Counted from the first letter of the stretch, positions 50,664-63,564 are shown. The stretch is DNA of 64,000 nucleotides from Octopus bimaculoides (GCF_001194135.2 NC_068982.1:35849122-35913121); one strand, 5' to 3'. Numbers and translations are program-made. Notes: a model not told the origin generated them from the letters alone.

Positions 50664-52823
50664 AGGCTTTGGTAATATTTATTCCATACAACACCTCAAA
50701 GTTGGTGTAAGGATTGCTGTATTTTATACGTTACATTTTATAAGTTACATTTTCTTTAAAAGAAAAATGTCTCAAAAATAATCACTCTGGGTCCCTTATT
50801 CGAGATTGTGCCTCCCATAAGCTTTCTGAACACACACTGCTGAAATTAGTGTGTGCCAATATGCCCGTTCGTCTTTTATGCTATCAAATACGGAATATCA
50901 AATTCAGTATTTGACTGTCAGAACATAAAGGATCGTAACTAAATACCAAAGTATTTTGTTCAACGCTCTTACGATTTTGCCCATTCACCGCTCTTAAGAC
51001 TTTAGCGAAAATCTGATTGTCTGTGTTAGCAACAAATAGTCAGTGGGGAAATTTGAGTAAACATTTGGTAAGTTCGGTTTTGGTGAAGGGTGAAGGATAA
51101 GACATTTGGGATTCATGCCCTTCATTTGAGTGAAGAAGAAAGGAAAATGCTGTTGTCGCTTGGGTTTCAGGCAAGGCAAACATTGATTTCGTGCCAATGG
51201 AAAACTAACCAGTGGTGAATGTCTTGTCCCTTTCCCGCGCACCTTATCATGTACAAACTGCACTAGGAACCATTGTATGTTTGCTAACAGTATTATTTAT
51301 GCTGCACAGTTTGTTGTATCTTCAATTAGTGTTGGAATAAATGTGGCCATCAATTTTAACCTGAGTTTCCGTATGTCTTGGTGCTCTTAATCATGACATG
51401 TTTGGAACCAGATCATTATAACATTACCTGGGCCATAGCCACACGCATCCCACTAAACATATATTATATGTCTCCTGGTGCGTTTAAAATACAAAGAGAG
51501 AATCCGTCAGAATCGACATTGCTTTACAAATCTCTAGGATTAAAGTACTTGTAATAAACTGGTATCCAATCAATTAACTATATCCTTTCAGTGTTAGTAC
51601 TGGACTTAATAAAAAATACTTGTAAATAACTATTAGTATACTTATTTTATAACTAGTTCAAGCATTTCACATGGTTATATCATGTGGCCCAATCTGATGA
51701 GTTACATAACTGTCCTTTCCGTGTAGAGAAGTTTCTTCCTCTAATTGACGACATATCAATGGCATCTCCAACAGGATTTGGAGAATTAGCAGTGTGTGAT
51801 CCCGATTTGACTAAAGCCTGGTTAGGAAGCTGTTCAATGAATGCGAGAAGCTCAAGAACTCTATAAATTTCTTCGTCTATCAAGCAAGGGCTGAGAATAT
51901 TAAAAGTGTCTCTTTGGTGGTGTATCCTAAAGTACTAGTGGTAGTGAACTTTACAAATATAAAATAGATCATAACGTCGAAAATGAAATCAAAGATGTTG
52001 CTTATCGATGAAATGACACGCTTTCTGGATCAGAGGAAAATGTCATCGGAACTAATACGAAGCCAGCAATTACGGGGAAGGAGATAAGTCGATTACATTA
52101 ACTCCAGTGTTCAACTGGTACTTATTTTATCGAACCCAAAAGGATGAAAGGCAAAGTTGACCCCGGCAGAATTTGAACTTAGAACGTAAAAACATTTCAT
52201 CCGGCGTGCTAACAATTCTGCCAGTTCGCCGCCTTAATATAATGGAATATTGAAAATAGGTCACACGTTTTTGATAAATTAATTAGTTTGGGACTAAGGA
52301 ACAATCTGCTGAAGATTACCTTTGTACAAATACAACTAATTGATGGCCTGTTAAATTCTGCCCGTCTCTCTAAAATATTTGTTTCAAATTTTGGCACAAG
52401 GCCAGCAATTTCGGGGTAAGGAATAAGTTGATTACATCGACCCAGTATTTAACTGGTGCTAATTTTATTCTTTTCTACTCTAGGCACAAGGCCTGAAATT
52501 TTGGGGGAAGGGGCCAGTCGATTAGATCGACCCCTATATGCAACTGGAACTTATTTTATTGACACCGAAAGCTTGAAAGGCAAAGTCGGCCTCGGCGAAA
52601 TTTAAACTCAGAATGTAAAGACGGACGAAATACTGCAAAGCATTTTGCCCGGCATGCTAACAACTCTGCCAGTTTGCCGCCTTACATCGCTCTAAAATAT
52701 TATGACACAAGTATTTCAAGAAATGTTACTATCAAGTTGTCTTAGACATATTCAATAATTTCAAATAAATTACTTTACTTTGCAAACTCTTATTAATGAT
52801 AATAATAGCATTCTCTTTTATTC

Positions 52824-53220
52824 TCTCTTACTTGTTTCAGTCATTTGACTGCGGTCATGCTGGAGCACCGCCTTTAATCGAGCAAATTGACCCCAGGACT
52901 TATTCTTTGGAAGCCTAGTACTTATTTTATCGGTGTCTTTTGCCGAACCGCTAAATTACGGGAACGTAAACACACCACCATCGGTTGTCAAGCGATGCTG
53001 GAGGAACAAACACAGACACACAAACATACACACACACACATATATATACATATATGCGACGGGCTTCCTTCAGTTTCCGTCTACCAAATCCACTCACAAG
53101 GCTTTGATTGACCCGAGGCTATAGTAGAAGACACTTGCCCAAGGTGCCACGCAGTGGGAATAAACCCGGAACCATGTGGTTGGTAAGCAAGCTACTTACC
53201 ACACAGCCACTTCTGCGCCT
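52824..53220 (-). mobile_element. Young-looking family A SINE retaining CpGs
   Basis: Full head aggcgcagaagtggctgtgtggtaagtagcttgc...ggttccgggttt, (CA/TA)n core and tail. Confidence 0.9.
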
Positions 53221-53859
53221 ATATGTTAAAATAATTGTCATACATGTAGACAATAGTCGTCAAGACAAAAGAACCACAGGTTAGCTTTGTGGTTATACCC
53301 ATAGTATGGGAAAGTGTCCTGCTATTAGGAAGATAGGCAATATCTATGAGAAGAACCTTTTACAGTCTGTCTGCATGTCTCCTAGGAAGATATTTGAGAA
53401 AGCTCACAAAGTTGATGTTGGTACAGGTAGTGACCAAGTCTTGAGCAATGTCTTCAACATTGAGAGCAGATACAATGTTGAAGTACAGATGCATGTAAAC
53501 AATGTCAGTGACATGACTATCATCCCAAGAAATGTTTGAATAAAACCAGGGTCTCCCAATTTGGAATCTTGCAAGGCTAGCCTCAAGCAGTTTGATAGTT
53601 CGATAATCAAACTGTCGGAGAAGTTTGAAACCATATTGGAGACAGAAATTAGAAAAGATATAGTTTCTGAACTTGTTATAAAAATTATTGAAATGGGTGC
53701 AATGCCAGGTCTAATTAAAGCAAGTGTTTAAAAAGTTATAAAACGGAAAGAAAATGAGAAAAATGACGCTAAACTTGCATATTATGAATCTAGCTTGGCT
53801 TCTTGCTTCATGCTCATGTTTGATGTGGGTGGGATCATTCTAAGTTAGTGGTTTTAGAA

Positions 53860-54557
53860 GCGTCATTATGCGTAGAGCCGACCAAGTTCACCAGTGCTCT
53901 CTATCGTTGGTGCCAGTTCCTCTGCATACTCTAAGGTGACGTCGAGCCTCTGGAGATTTTCCCCAATCACGACAGCCATCTTGTGTGGGGCCTGTCATGA
54001 GGCCTCTTCCAGACTGCAGCTGCTACGTCGAATGAGAGTAAAGCCCTGGTAGGATGAGCTAGCAGGAGACGGAGGACATGTCCGTACCAGCGCATGTGAC
54101 GGCTAGCTGTGAGGTAGGAGGCTGCGAGCTAATGCATGTGCTCACGCAGTTCTTTGCTGGAAACGTGATGGTACCATCTGATGTCCTCGATGGTTCTCAG
54201 GGCTCTGCTATCGAAGCCGTCGATCTTCTTTGCCAGGGTCTTCGAGGGGGGGGGGACATTTCTCCTCCATAGAAGAGAATAGAGAGGGCTGATGCGTTGT
54301 AGATGCAGAGTTTTGTATTCCGGGAGATAGAGCAGTGGTGCCAAAGGGGCTTCCATAGGGAGTACATGACGCCAGCGGCCAGACTATATCTGCAGTTAAT
54401 CTCCGGGGTCAGGTTTTTATTGTTGGTGACTGTGGAGCCCAGGTAGATGAAGGAGTTGACAAACTCCACGATGTCGAGGCCTGTATGGAGAAGGTCCGAA
54501 TCATCTCCGACATGCAGAAGCTTAGTCTTCGCCCAACTCACCTGAAGACCAAACTTT
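53860..54557 (-). mobile_element. RTE LINE 3' segment (sense on minus strand)
   Basis: KFGLQVSWAKTK...VEFVNSFIYLGS...RNTKLCIYNASALSILFYG...KKIDGFDSRALR...RWYGHVLRL. Confidence 0.88.
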
Positions 54558-54850
54558 GCGGATTCTTCTCATCATTGAAAGAGCTCAGGAGTTCCGCAAA
54601 AATCGCCACTTCTGCATTGCCTTCGTCGACCTCAAGGCAGCTTTTGACACGGCCAACTACGCATCCCTCTGGAAAATTCTCAAGCTCGTCAGTACACCTC
54701 CCAAGATCTCCGCACTGTTCCAACGGCTCTATAGCGGTGCCGAGAGCTGCGTGCGGGTGAACGGGAAGGACTTTGACTGATTCCCCACCAACAGCGGGGT
54801 TACACAGAACTGAGTGCCGCCCAGACCTCTTCGACTGGATCATCGGTTAT
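54546..54850 (+). mobile_element. Inverted upstream RT segment of the same RTE element
   Basis: DQTLRILLIIERAQEF...CIAFVDLKAAFD...SLWKILK...NSGVTQ...PDLFDWIIGYL, joined directly to the minus-strand segment. Confidence 0.85.
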
Positions 54851-54930
54851 CTGATATTTGAAGAGGCCGAGAAGCAGTCTGATGCATTACGTTATATTTT
54901 TCGGGAAGGAGTGGGGAAAACTGAAGGACC

Positions 54931-55293
54931 TGTAGGAAATTGGTTATACACCATTAGGTGTATACCCACTTCCGTACATTAAATTCGGAATAAACAACGC
55001 AACGCAGAACTCTGAACTATCAACACAACAATATTTATTTATGGAGGAAAATAGGCATGGTTGCTGAGACGTCGGAACGTTGTTGTGAGCTGTCCCCAGA
55101 GTTGGAATGTTGGAGAGACAGCTTAACACGTCCATGCTCATGTGAGATAGCTCTGGGCTGGACGTCCGACCTCTCCGTCGGCCGGCGAGAAAAGAGAAAG
55201 AATCAGGGCGCCAAACTTGGATATTGATGACTACGCATGCGCACGAGACAGGGCGTTACTACAGACCGCTCCGGATGACAAACTCTAGCAACA
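54931..55293 (-). mobile_element. Possible solo LTR
   Basis: TG...CA ends, CpG-rich, AATAAA on the minus strand at about 55039-55034, GCGCATGCG motif. No TSD found (ggacc vs tcttt). Confidence 0.3.
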
Positions 55294-56706
55294 TCTTTGA
55301 TTCCCTATCTGAAGTTCGTATAGTACACTAACTCACAACGGTTTATTGCATGGGGTACAGTGTGATAGTCTGTAGATGTTGCCTTTCTCACACTGTCCTA
55401 TTCAGCAAACGTAGGCAAAGTGAACTCAATTAAAACTGTGGTTATTTCTCTTCAGTTCTTCTTTCAGAGTAGTGCGTATCCTTGCACAGTATTTGAAGCT
55501 ACGATGTTATTGATATATTTATCTATCTTGACAGTGTTCTCTGCATTGTATTTTTGCACTATTGTACCTGTAACTTGGTGTTTGAGGATGATAAAACAAT
55601 TTCTAGTGATAAGGGCTATGTGGGCTAGGACATTGTTGAGGCAATGACTTGTGTTCCTCGCATGTCCTGAATTCAGTTCATTCATAGAACTCAATATTTG
55701 ATATTACTGTATTTAAAAAGTCTGCCAGGTGTCGTGATTTTGTTGTCATTAATCAGTTAAATCGTTTCCGCTCCTACAACCATCTGATAACTTGTACTAC
55801 ATTTACCCTTCAAACAAACCTCATTGAAAAGCTATCACTTACAGAAGTTGAACACTTAGTAGAAAGGAGGAAGTGCTTGATTTCTTCTTTCAGAATTATA
55901 TTTCCATTAAACTACTGCTTTGATTTCCACTACTGCTATAGATAACAGTAATTTATTTCGTTCTCCTGTCATCTTAATTTACTCCGTCCCTCCTCTATGC
56001 ACGATTTAATTACATCAACGTAACCAGTAGTATTTTACTGACATGCGACACATAAAAAAATATATCCAATAAAAGCAAAAATACAATAGAATAATATTAT
56101 CAATAGTGCCGTCTGACCATCCAAGTAGATGTCGGTAACACAATCGTGTTGTAGAATAATAAAACAGCTACATCAAGAAATATGAGACAATCAACATAAA
56201 GCATTACTGACATTTTCTCTATAACCGCAGCTGAAAACGTCCAAAACTATTCCTTGTCTGCGACAGGATAATCATCCAACACAGTGGCGATCGATAACCA
56301 AACCTAGGGGAAGCGTTTGTTAGCTGATATCATCCGTAGACGGGTTAATTTCTAAAAAATTAAACCCATTGGCTACCAACTGAACTATTTATTATTGCTG
56401 CCGCTAGCTAACGCGCCAATCATTGTAAAGTTGATCTGTCGTAAATCGACGGCGACCTGTATTTTATGTTCTGTTTTCTTGCTGTATATGATTCTTATAC
56501 AAAAAGATTCCATTTCAACTATATAGGTCATTGAATTATCTTCAGTTCCACTTATTTTTTCCTTTTCAAATATGGAGTTTAATACATAATGTCTTTTCTT
56601 TCACAATTAAGAATTGAAACGATGGGTGTGCAGTCCAAAGGTTCGTATCGTGTCGTAGTTACTCTATCGTGTCCATAGGTAAGAAAATTCACACTAGTCT
56701 TCTGTA

Positions 56707-57265
56707 CAGTAACACCACACTTTACGAGGACCCGGGTTTACGAGTTTATTTTTTTAGCTCACTTTTGTGTGGAGAACTGAAATTTTTCAAGCACCACATC
56801 CAAATTTTGACCGAAGTGCAAAAGTTTCTACTTCTACAACAAATGCTTCTGCGTGTTACTGAGAAATTTATAGAGAGCGAAAAAAGGCTTCTACACAAAC
56901 AATTATAGGCTTATTTTTAAAAAAGAAATCTACAAGTCTGTCTACACGGGCTTGTGAATCGGCAATCGCGTCTACAAGTGATGGTATGCGAGAGAAAGTG
57001 ATTCAGAAAACAGTTATAATAATATTTTTTATCATAAATGATCTTCACGTTCTTTTTACCTTGCATAAAATATTCTTTACATTCTACTGTTGTTTTATTG
57101 CCCTTTATTTACGAGTATTATAAATTTTATAGGTAAAATATTTTTCTGGAAACGAATTATGATTTAGAACATTGCTATTATGGGAAATTATTGCTCTGTT
57201 TTACGAGTTTTCGCTTTACAAGCGGTCTCCGGGAACAAATTAACTCGTATATCGAGGCATTACTG
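56707..57265. mobile_element. pogo/Tigger-type MITE
   Basis: ta|cagtaacaccacactttacgag ... ctcgtatatcgaggcattactg|ta. Confidence 0.7.
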
Positions 57266-60200
57266 TATCTCGTAGTAAATGGTTACAAGGAACCGCTAGC
57301 AATTGTTCTGTCATCTAGAAAATAACAGCCAAATATCCTTCAAATCTTAGAAAAGGACATGTTATATAAAATAGTTCTACATACTCGTAAAAAGACAGGA
57401 TGGTCACGATTTGAATATATTTAATCGTGCGTTTTCTCAGTCAGAGACAAACTGGAGTTAAAAATAGCCCTGTATAATCGATAAGTATTTCTACACGCTT
57501 ACCGTACTTTAATCAAATCCTCCTGTAAGATTGTTGGGTTCTGCACGGTTGAATTAACCTAAACATAGTACATATAAATGAATTCTTCAATTGGTATTTC
57601 TACAGCCACATATGTAGTAAAATTAATGACTTTTTTTTTTAATCGCTTCAGTGATGAAGTTTTTACAAGAATTCAAAACTTACTCTGTATCGTAGCTCTA
57701 CTACTCACAATTTGTGGTTTCCCTTCTTATATTAAAAACTGAAAATTATATGAGGTCAAATAAGAAAACAATAAGTCTCTTGGAAAAAGCCTCCCTATCA
57801 GTTGCAACATTCGTAAACTTCAATCTAACTTAAATCCAAACTCACTACCCACTACTAATGCATCTTATTCCTCTCTGAGAGTATATCTCTTATCTTCTAT
57901 TTCTAACCCATCTCTACTGCTCAGGTTACGACTTCACACTGAAAAGCAGTGTATCCCACTTAATTAAAATCAACTCTCCCTACCACTCACCCCTCTTATC
58001 TGGGTATCAGCAACAAAAATTTCCAGTTACACTGCCTTTAAGTCTTTCTTCTTCATTTTACTAAATGCATCTACAATCTTTCAGAACTTTTCCAGCTACA
58101 AGTAGTAATTCGACTAGCTTACATATTGCATAGAAGACAGATATCTGACATAAATATCAGGTCTTTTGATTCTGATTCTAAACTCCTTATTCACTGGTAC
58201 GTATAAACTGAATCGTTTACCATTCTTAACTGTCCTCAGCTGTCAGAATTCAAACCCAGTCTTTACTCAGCTGTTGCATTTTTCTACACATCTTTTCATC
58301 AAACATTTATTACATCTTTCTCTCACACAAAACATCCTAAGCCTAAAAGCCAACTAACTGGTAGGAGCTCTCTCAATCTTAGGCCAACTACTACACCTGG
58401 CAATAAATATTCTTTGCAGCCAACATATCTGAAGCAGTGAAGTAGACTGAAACCCCTCCTATGCATGTTCTTCATAAAAACCAAACTAAACCCTGAAGTG
58501 ATTCGTCTGTGGCAGTACAGGAAAAGAACACTACTTAGTAAACCAAGAGAAAGTCACCCACCACCAATACAAACTGAGACATGAGTCAGCAAGGGAGCCT
58601 CTATGAGGATACTTGAACTATCTTAACAAACAGATCTTTGTTAAAAAAATCTATCATAACACACAGATTTTTGTTAAAGCATACTCTACTCCCTGAAAAA
58701 AGAAGAACAGTGAAAATAAAATGGGATGATTATGACTAGAACATCTATGATCATAGGTCTGCTCAATTAGAGCTATATTGCAACAATCAACAAAGTTTTT
58801 TTTTTTTTTATCAACTTCAACATCTCAAAGACAACCATCAGAAAAGCCAAAAATACCTTTTTTTTCCAAAATTGCAGTAGATAATTTTGTTGCTTTGCCA
58901 AGAGGATTTCTACGAATTTTATGAAATCCTATTAACAGTTAAATCCTGTCTTTAAAAGATAATTTCAATCACTTCAAGCCAATTGACCTAGAGCATGTCC
59001 CTTTCAATATCTTCAAACAATGCACCACAAGGCTAGTATCCATCAATGCCAAACTTTTGTATCACTCTCTCTCCCTCTGCAAGGATGTCTTCCATCTTTG
59101 AAAACATGCTACAGTCCATTCCAAAGGCAGCCCCCGCACTGGCCCTGTCAACCATCAATCTATTGCTCTTTCAACAATTTCATTCCACCTCTTCTGTGGC
59201 CATTTGTATGGCTACTGTATTTCTGGATCCATTGACAACCTTCTCTATAACACATTCTTGCAATGGGCAAAACTAGTGTCATTGCACCTGATAATCAACC
59301 ACTTCACTCATTGCTACTTCCCGAATGTCAACCCTCTGTACTTCTCATACTTGCCACATTTTTATCCATACATCTTCCAAGTTGGACATAAACCATATTT
59401 ATCTGATCAGTCATATGGTTACTGCCCTTTTCCAGACTTAGCCATAAAATAAGAGGTTAACCAACAATTTGCTATGGATTAGGATTAAAATTAAACATGT
59501 CTTATTCATAGTCATCATCATCGTTGTTTTAATGTCTCCCAACTAAATTTGCTGGTCTTGTTCCAAAATTTGAAACCATTCTCAGCAGATCTAGCTACTC
59601 TATAGAGTCTGTCCTGGTTACATTATGGGAAATATAGCTGGAGTATTTTCAGGCTCTTGTGAAACTATTCACCTGTTTTAGTTCATTATTCCCAGATGAG
59701 AAGTACTACATGATGTCAAGACAGACATACAAATTTTATTCACACACACATATATATATATATATATGTATATATTATTTCATCTATCATTGTCAATGAT
59801 AATGAAGGACATCACATGGCAGAAAAAGACAGGTCATGATGTGTCCAGCTATGGCCAATCAATTCAATACATGCCCAGAAGGCTCTGCCTCAGGTCAGGC
59901 ACTGGGGACTGAAGGCAGAGAGTTTGCTCTGCTATTTCTAGTAGATCAAGTCACCACATAACGGTTCCTTCCTTTGCTTAACTGCTTTGTTTCAATGCTA
60001 ATGGGCATTTGCACAAAAGTTAATTCTATATATGACAAGCATGGCTTCGTAATTAATAACTTCACTTCCCAACCACATGGCTTCAGGTTCAATCACAGCG
60101 AGAAGCAGCACCTTGGGCAAGTGTCTTCTATTATACTATGAGCCAATCAAAGTTTTAAGTGGATATGATAGACAGAAACTGAAAGATGCCCATGACGGGT

Positions 60201-60530
60201 TCTCCCATCGGTTTCAACATATGAGGATCCATCAATTTATTCAGTTTGGATGCTTATAATTGTGATTTATTCACAATTATACACTCTTCTATTATGAAAA
60301 TAAATTTTTTGATTGCCTGTTCTGGCCACTGATATAAATAATTATTCGTAAATAATTTTGAATTGTTTACGATATATTCTTCACAATGTATTTTTGCATT
60401 CCTCTTTTATTATTTAATTTTCACTCATATCCAGTTTTTCACCGTGACTCGTTTTACTGGTCTTTTCTTATAAACTCTGTGCATGATACAGTTCTATATT
60501 TAAGAGATGAGTAATTATGTACATTATTTA

Positions 60531-60638
60531 CATTATTAACATTCAACAGATATTTGTCCTCATCTTGTTTGTTGTTAACATGTTTCGAAACGTTGTGTTA
60601 ACAAGATAAGGACAAATATCTGTTGAATGTAAATAATG
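60531..60638. repeat. 108-bp foldback (about 39-bp near-perfect arms)
   Basis: cattattaacattcaacagatatttgtcctcatcttgtt ... aacaagataaggacaaatatctgttgaatgtaaataatg with a central gtttcgaaac. Confidence 0.9.
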
Positions 60639-61007
60639 CTGTGCATGATGTTAAAATTCAGAATCTGATGTGCAGATTGAGGCGACACATTATTCTTGCT
60701 GGTCGAAACACATATTAAGGCCCAAGATATGTTTTTTGTGTTAATTTGTATCTACACAAATGTCTTCCTGACAAGAAGAGTAGAACCTTTTTGGTTCCTA
60801 ACTTCAAAATTGCAATGGAGGACTAACCTTTTATTTTTATTTAAATTTTGAATTTTTTATCATGTTGCCCACCAACAGCTTTTATTGTTGAAGAGATATG
60901 AGTGGTCATAGTGACTTTATAGCAGTTTTGACTGCTATTTCTAGACATGTAAGTGCTTTTACAACCTTCTCCGTTATAATTGTGATTTATTCACACTTAT
61001 ACACTCT

Positions 61008-61064
<57 letters not shown>

Positions 61065-61141
61065 TGATTAGAGTTTGTATTAATGATTAATTTGTTGTTA
61101 ATAATAAACAATTAACTTCCCAATCTCCATTTTCTTTTTCT

Positions 61142-61182
<41 letters not shown>

Positions 61183-62034
61183 ATGTGTGTATGTGTGTTT
61201 GTTTCCTTGTGTTGACATTGCATGATGGTTGTAAATAAGCATCATTTTTGTACAAGTAGTGTTATTTGTTTCCGGTCTTCCATGAAAACATATCCAGCCA
61301 CAGAAAAATATTGCCTTGCTTGCAAACAGGTGAGGTTTGGTGACAGGAAAAGCATCAGCCCATAACAAACCTGCCTCAACAAATTCCATCTGATCCTTGC
61401 AAACATGGAAAAGGTAAACATTAAAATGATGATAATGATAAAACCTAAAAGCAAAAACAAAGATTAAGTAATATTAGTTAATAGCCTATAGAAAGCTAAC
61501 TCTGTTGAAGAAGCTGAATTTATATGACCACGAAGTTATTTGCACTCCATACTCAAGTTACACGTTACTGGACATCCTTTCATGTTATTTCTCTAGACAA
61601 ACGTAATTCTGAGAAGGATGCAAACTCTACATACCCATATTCTGTTCTTCTGTACCCATTCACTTCTATTTACTTTCTTCTGCCTTGAGTGTCCTCCCTC
61701 ATACCCCTTCAATATTATTTCATCTCTCTTTGTAGCTCCACTCCAGTAACTCCCACCCATTCTTCTGTAATGGGAATAACCATATAGCTCCTCTACAGTA
61801 AGAAACCTGTTTTGTTCTGGGCCCCCTTTTTTTATACATTAATTTCTCACATCCTAACATGAAGTTACTTTCCTCTCTACTGTAGCCCCACTCAGTCAAA
61901 TGGGATCTTAGTCTTGCAACTGCATGGCAACCTCATTAATACTGGTGCCACAAAAAAGCACCCAATATATTGTAAAATGGTTGGTATTAAGAAGAAATCA
62001 TGCCAAAGTAGATACTGTTAAACTGTCTGACTCA

Positions 62035-62185
62035 AAGAAATTCACACATCAGTTAAAATGTGTTGATTTTTGAAATGGTTAACATCTCTCAGTTATAATG
62101 CCTTTTTACCCTACAAGCTTCATATGCAATTGGGAAAGCATGAAGAGAATGATAAGAGTTTATGTACCAGCAGTGTGGCACAACC
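62035..62185. repeat. About 95% identical direct copy of 63043-63194 (ZIP7 3'UTR segment)
   Basis: Manual alignment gives 1 indel and about 6 transitions. Flanked by ctgttaaactgtct(g/a)actc at 62015-62033 and 62199-62217. Confidence 0.92.
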
Positions 62186-63312
62186 GAATCATCAGATTCT
62201 GTTAAACTGTCTAACTCTTGCCAGCATAGAAGTTAAAAGATGATGATGTTGAGAATAATGAGAATGATGATGACAGCATCCTGAATTAGCAGAGATTTCT
62301 CATTTTCCTATGATAGACAATATGTCTTTTTCACATGAACTGCATATAGTTTTAGCTATCTGTTAATTAGCTTCCTGGAACAGTTAATAGTAACTTTTAA
62401 TTCAGGCACAAGGCTAGCATTTGTTTTATCAACTTCAGGATGAAAGGCAATGTTGACCATAGCAAGATTTGAACTCAGAATGTAAAGAACCAACAGAAAT
62501 ACTGCAAAGTATTTTGTTTAACATTGTAATTGATTCTGCCAATCCACTACCTTCAGGAGCAGTTAATAATCCTTTCTAATTTTGCCACAGAGTCAGCAAT
62601 TTGAGGAAGATGGGACAGTTGATTACATTGCCCCCCAACCCCTGCTCAACTGGTACTTATTTTATTAACCCAGAAAGAAAGACAAAATCAACCACTGAGC
62701 ATGTGAACTCAGGATGTAAAGCTGGAAGAAATTCCACTAAGCATTTTGTCAGAGATGCTAATGATTCTGCCAGCTTACCACCTTATTAGCAGTTTATGAA
62801 ATTAAACATATTACAAATTATCTAATTACCATTTTAGTCATGTTATTTCTTTTCAGATTCAGCATTACTGAATTTTTACTGTTGATTTAAGCACCTTAAA
62901 CAGAAATAAAACTGTGGAAGCGGATTTTTTTCTATCATTTTTTTTTTATACAAAAAGCATTGAATGCAATAAATAGTTATTAAATATTTTTCTTTTTTTT
63001 TTATTTGATATTCTTTCTCTTTCCCCAACTTATCAACTTCCCAAGAAATTCACACACCAAGTTAAAATGTGTTGATTTTTGAGATGGCTAACATCTCTCA
63101 GTTGTAATGCCTTTTTACCCTACAAGCTTCATATGCAATTGGGAAAGCATGAAGAGAATGATAAGAGTTTATATGCCAGCAGTGTGGCACAACCAAATTC
63201 AAAGACCAACCCAGCCTTCAGCAACACAACAATGCTAATAACAACAGTTAAAATGTTACATTTCTGATAAACTGATGTGTCAAATTGGCCAAAAGTGTCA
63301 TAGTTAGCAAAT

Positions 63313-63564
63313 TTATTCATAACTTGCAATAAGGACCATCATATAAACCCCCAATATTAGAGCAACTATTTCTTTAATAGACTGGCGGAAGCTGGATTCT
63401 ATAAGAAGTTCTGGAATAACAGAGACAGTGGCAATATAAATAAATCCTCCAGCAGTGAAAGGGAGCACCCAAGCTGTAGCTGTAATTCCTGTGCTTCCTG
63501 CCACTAAACTGCATATTGTTCCCATGATGGCACCAAGTGCTGTTGATAGTTGAAGCAGCATTGC
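63313..63564 (-). CDS. SLC39A7: Zinc transporter ZIP7 (SLC39A7/Catsup), last coding exon; gene continues beyond the window
   Basis: Acceptor tttgtactccacag, phase 0. [20 protein letters not shown]...[23 protein letters not shown]...[12 protein letters not shown] matches the ZIP7 C-terminus. AATAAA at 63005-63000. Confidence 0.92.
   Translation of the reverse strand, partial: AMLLQLSTALGAIMGTICSLVAGSTGITATAWVLPFTAGGFIYIATVSVIPELLIESSFRQSIKEIVALILGVYMMVLIASYE

Noticed and set aside
53306-53634. Overlapping ORFs on both strands
   Set aside because: No identifiable motifs or splice context; probably a decayed retroelement.
55420-56220. Hydrophobic short ORFs suggesting membrane-protein exons
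   Set aside because: Could not be assembled with consistent splice phases and showed no recognisable family.
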